Positions 61,388 through 64,000 of a DNA stretch of 64,000 bases are shown here, in pieces. Under the pieces are notes generated by a model. It did no database searches. It worked only from the letters and a program-made list of their open reading frames with translations, and had not been told where the DNA came from. Where the stretch lies: positions 15,541 to 79,540 of the forward strand of contig JAJSDU010000010.1 in assembly GCA_028577615.1 (NCBI GenBank), read 5' to 3'. Both the position numbers and the translations under genes were made by a program. The stretch comes from Nitrosomonas sp. GTDB lineage: Bacteria > Pseudomonadota > Gammaproteobacteria > Burkholderiales > Nitrosomonadaceae. Position 1 is the stretch's first letter. Every line of letters starts with the position of its first letter.

Positions 61388-61682
61388 ATTGCACCTTCGC
61401 CATTTGCGGTTCGTTTATTTTTGCTGAAGAAATAATCTGCACATGATTAGGTGACGGTAAATCCATATCCAAAAACCGCCTGGCTTCATTTTCAATTTTA
61501 CGGCGCGCTATCAGTGTGCTTTGTTCGAGTTGCAATTTTTTCCATTCAAGATTTAATTTGCGCGTTATTTTCCGTTCATTTTCCAGCGCCATGTTGAGCT
61601 TACGCGCCTCATTCTGTGCGTAAACCACACTTAACGCGCAAACCACCAGAATCAACACCAGAAATAGATTAAATTTAAACAT
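61377..61682 (-). CDS. ftsL: cell division protein FtsL
   Basis: This small bitopic protein (MFKFNLFLVLILVVCALSVVYAQNEARKL...) sits between rsmH and ftsI. I use the first ATG, at 61682. The track start at 61712 is a TTG that overlaps rsmH. Confidence 0.8.
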   Translation of the reverse strand: MFKFNLFLVLILVVCALSVVYAQNEARKLNMALENERKITRKLNLEWKKLQLEQSTLIARRKIENEARRFLDMDLPSPNHVQIISSAKINEPQMAKVQYAE

Positions 61683-61689
61683 TCGCAAC

Positions 61690-62667
61690 TCATACCGTTG
61701 TTTTAAAATCAATCCGCTCAGCTACTCTCATGACAGCACTGCGTGAACGCTTGTTTTCCGCAATTTCCCGCTCACCCGGGCGCACCGCCTTTCCCATGAC
61801 TTTCAGCAGCGGCTGTCCAAATCGCTGCTTTTCAATCTCACGCACCGGAATGCCGCGCGGCACGGTATCGGTTTTTGCAGCCGCCCGCATAAACCGCTTA
61901 ACCATTCTGTCTTCCAGCGAATGAAAGCTGATCACAACAAGCCTCCCCCCCGGATTCAACAGATCCACGCTCTGCCGTAAAACTAACGACAGCTCCTCAA
62001 GCTCCTGATTGATAAAGATGCGTATCGCCTGAAAAGTGCGCGTCGCCGGATTCTGCTTGCTTTCGCGCTTGCGCTGACGTGCGCGGACGACCGCTGCAAC
62101 AATCTCGGCAAGTTGCAGTGTGGTAACAATAGACTGCCGCGTTCTTGCCACAACAATCGCTCTTGCAATCGACCCAGCATACCGTTCTTCGCCATATTCC
62201 CTGATCACCCTTTCCAAATCCGTTTCCGAAACCGTTTCCAGCCACTGCGCCGCTGTCTGCCCCCGGCTTGTATCCATGCGCATGTCAAGGGGGCCATCGA
62301 CGCGAAAACTAAACCCTCTCTCCGCTTCCAGCTGAGGCGAGGAGATCCCCAGGTCCAGCACAATGCCATCTATTTTGTGCACACCCATTTTCAGCAATTC
62401 CTGTTGCAGCTGCGAAAAATGGCTATGCAAAATACTCAAATTCGGATTACCCGGCGCCAGATCAATTTTTCCCGCCTCTACCGCCGCCAGATCCCTATCG
62501 AATGCAATCAAGCGACCCTTATCGCCCAGACGGGACAGAATCAACCGGCTATGCCCGCCCCTGCCGAATGTTCCATCAACATAAACCCCATCCGGTTTGA
62601 CCGACAACGCGTCCACAGCCTCATGAAGCAGTACAGTAACGTGACTCGACAAACCATCACCATCCAA
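61690..62667 (-). CDS. rsmH: 16S rRNA (cytosine1402-N4)-methyltransferase RsmH/MraW
   Basis: The 325-aa ORF has [13 protein letters not shown]...[12 protein letters not shown] and DLGISSPQL. The apparent TTG start lies directly after the mraZ stop. Confidence 0.95.
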   Translation of the reverse strand: MDGDGLSSHVTVLLHEAVDALSVKPDGVYVDGTFGRGGHSRLILSRLGDKGRLIAFDRDLAAVEAGKIDLAPGNPNLSILHSHFSQLQQELLKMGVHKIDGIVLDLGISSPQLEAERGFSFRVDGPLDMRMDTSRGQTAAQWLETVSETDLERVIREYGEERYAGSIARAIVVARTRQSIVTTLQLAEIVAAVVRARQRKRESKQNPATRTFQAIRIFINQELEELSLVLRQSVDLLNPGGRLVVISFHSLEDRMVKRFMRAAAKTDTVPRGIPVREIEKQRFGQPLLKVMGKAVRPGEREIAENKRSRSAVMRVAERIDFKTTV

Positions 62668-63114
62668 TCAAAGTGAGAATCCTTCCAATTCCTGCGGCAT
62701 GTCATCTTCGTTAAAAGACAGCGCATCTTCAATCTCCAGATTCCACTGCTGCTCATCCCACAACTCAAATTTCTCGCCCTGCCCCACCAGCACGACTTCC
62801 TTGGACAAACTCGCAAAGCTCCGCAGAGGCGGCGAAATCAGAATGCGACCGGCATTATCCATCTCCACATCGCTCGCGCTACCGATCAACAAGCGCTGCA
62901 ATTTGCGCGTTTTGGAATTAAAGCTCGGCAGAGCGCTCAATTTCCGTTCGATGGGTTCCCAGGCAGGCTGAGGATAAATCAGCAAACACCGCGAAGGGTC
63001 AGCCGTCACCACCAAGCGCCCCGAACACTGCGCAACCAGCTCACCACGATACTTTGCGGGTATCGCGATCCTGCCTTTCACGTCCAAGCTAAGCTGCGTT
63101 ATGCCACGAAACAT
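62668..63114 (-). CDS. mraZ: transcriptional regulator MraZ
   Basis: The 148-aa ORF has MFRGITQLSLDVKGRIAIPAKYR and a second SpoVT/AbrB-like half (VEMDNAGRILISPPLR). Confidence 0.95.
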   Translation of the reverse strand: MFRGITQLSLDVKGRIAIPAKYRGELVAQCSGRLVVTADPSRCLLIYPQPAWEPIERKLSALPSFNSKTRKLQRLLIGSASDVEMDNAGRILISPPLRSFASLSKEVVLVGQGEKFELWDEQQWNLEIEDALSFNEDDMPQELEGFSL

Positions 63115-63148
63115 GTCATTCGCTCATCATTACAAAAATTCAATTTAT

Positions 63149-63194
63149 CCCACTTTTTTCCACCATTCACTACTTTTCCGCAACTAAAAACCAC
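63149..63194 (-). promoter_or_regulatory. candidate MraZ operator: phased GTGGN repeats
   Basis: Reading the minus strand, there is GTGGG (63149-63153), GTGGA (63159-63163), a degenerate GTAGT (63169-63173) and GTGGT (63190-63194). The first three are exactly 10 bp apart and lie 35-80 nt upstream of the mraZ ATG. E. coli MraZ binds TGGGN repeats with the same periodicity. Confidence 0.45.
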
Positions 63195-63221
63195 TTTAAT
63201 AAAAAAAAAGTAAATCGTCAA
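63193..63221 (-). promoter_or_regulatory. candidate sigma-70 promoter of the dcw cluster (Pmra)
   Basis: The minus strand reads TTGACG-N17-TAAAGT. The spacer contains a T9 run, and the -10 element abuts the distal GTGGT box. Confidence 0.4.
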
Positions 63222-63765
63222 GAAAAAGAACAATAAATTTATTTATATGACAAAGACTTAAAGAACACTCACCGGAAGCAGATTTCTAACAAGAAATTGC
63301 AGATAAATAAGACAGATAGACGATAATCTGGAAGTTCTGCGAGAAGATTATGAAAATAATAGCTGTTGACGCCGATCGAGCATTGACCGGGTAATTGATG
63401 TAATCCGCTTAAATCTTAAGCAGACTATCTTAGATTGCGATTACCATGAATATGTATGCCGATCCCTATGGAATCCATAATTTCATGCAGCGAAAAAAAT
63501 CATATGCACCGGCCATACTGAAATATTGCCCGTGTGATTGAATCAGCATTTCCACTGCGGGGCACGCCACAATCATTCATTTTCATGACAGCCAAGCAAC
63601 ATACAATGCGGGTTTTCTTTTTTAGCAGCGCATGATAGTGGTCCAGCGGGAAAAAGTATCGATGTTCTCCATGACCGGGCATTCAGTTGGCCATGCGGCA
63701 TCACGATAAGATTTTCGTTTAAAAACCCAGCAACAACCGGTTTTCCGGGTTAAAATAGCCGAATA

Positions 63766-64000
63766 ATGTACTCATACCAACCCACCGATATCATCCGGCC
63801 TGAAATACTTGACCTAAAGGCCTATCATGTACCCCCGGCTACCGGCATGATCAAGCTGGATGCAATGGAAAATCCGTACACTTTGCCGGAAGTCCTGCAA
63901 AACGAAGTGGCGCAGATTGCGGCAAAAGCACCGATTAACCGCTACCCCGATCCGAACGCAACCGAATTAAAGTCCGCATTACGGCAAACGCTCGGCATAC
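63766..64000 (+). CDS. hisC: histidinol-phosphate aminotransferase, N-terminal part (runs off the right edge)
   Basis: My translation from ATG 63766 is [78 protein letters not shown], which is a typical HisC N-terminus. Confidence 0.75.
   Translation, partial: MYSYQPTDIIRPEILDLKAYHVPPATGMIKLDAMENPYTLPEVLQNEVAQIAAKAPINRYPDPNATELKSALRQTLGI

Noticed and set aside
1-64000. Search for tRNA/rRNA genes, CRISPR arrays, IS elements, integrases, reverse transcriptases and toxin-antitoxin pairs
   Set aside because: I found no T-loop/acceptor-type sequences, no regularly spaced direct repeats, and no transposase, integrase or RT motifs in any listed ORF or in my reading of the spacers. Absence judged by eye is not proof, so tRNAscan/Infernal and ISfinder searches would settle it.

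Overview
This 64-kb chromosomal segment looks betaproteobacterial by gene order and protein sequences, but I cannot verify taxonomy here. About 55 genes fill nearly all the coding space. I found no rRNA, tRNA, CRISPR array, IS element, integrase or prophage gene. Left third (1-14.1 kb), housekeeping: rseB'-rseA-rpoE, queF, smc-zipA, a CDGSH protein, a zapB-like gene, zapA and 6S RNA, motAB plus a membrane methyltransferase, cysS and ppiA-ppiB. Middle (14.1-22.3 kb), a visibly GC-richer accessory patch: an inverted-repeat-bracketed 208-bp element, a Pat-type protein acetyltransferase, the C-terminal relic of a type III restriction enzyme, a small secreted protein, and a leaderless 1388-aa subtilase-vWA fusion protein. 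Next (22.7-37.5 kb) is a minus-strand signalling block. It holds MASE1-PAS-GGDEF-EAL, a 1356-aa CheB-CheR-PAS-GGDEF-EAL fusion, an MCP ending in an SWEEF tether, cheW, cheA, cheY, a divergent CheZ-like gene and an EAL-HDOD gene behind a sigma-28-like promoter. A type IV minor-pilin/pilY1 operon follows (38.0-44.2 kb), then about 1 kb of decayed non-coding DNA, then a complete dcw cluster from mraZ to ftsZ (45.2-63.1 kb) and the start of hisC. The two best candidates for something new are the chemoreceptor/CheBR-c-di-GMP arrangement and the orphan cytoplasmic subtilase-vWA protein. Both are inferences from domain reading and need homology, structure and genetic tests.
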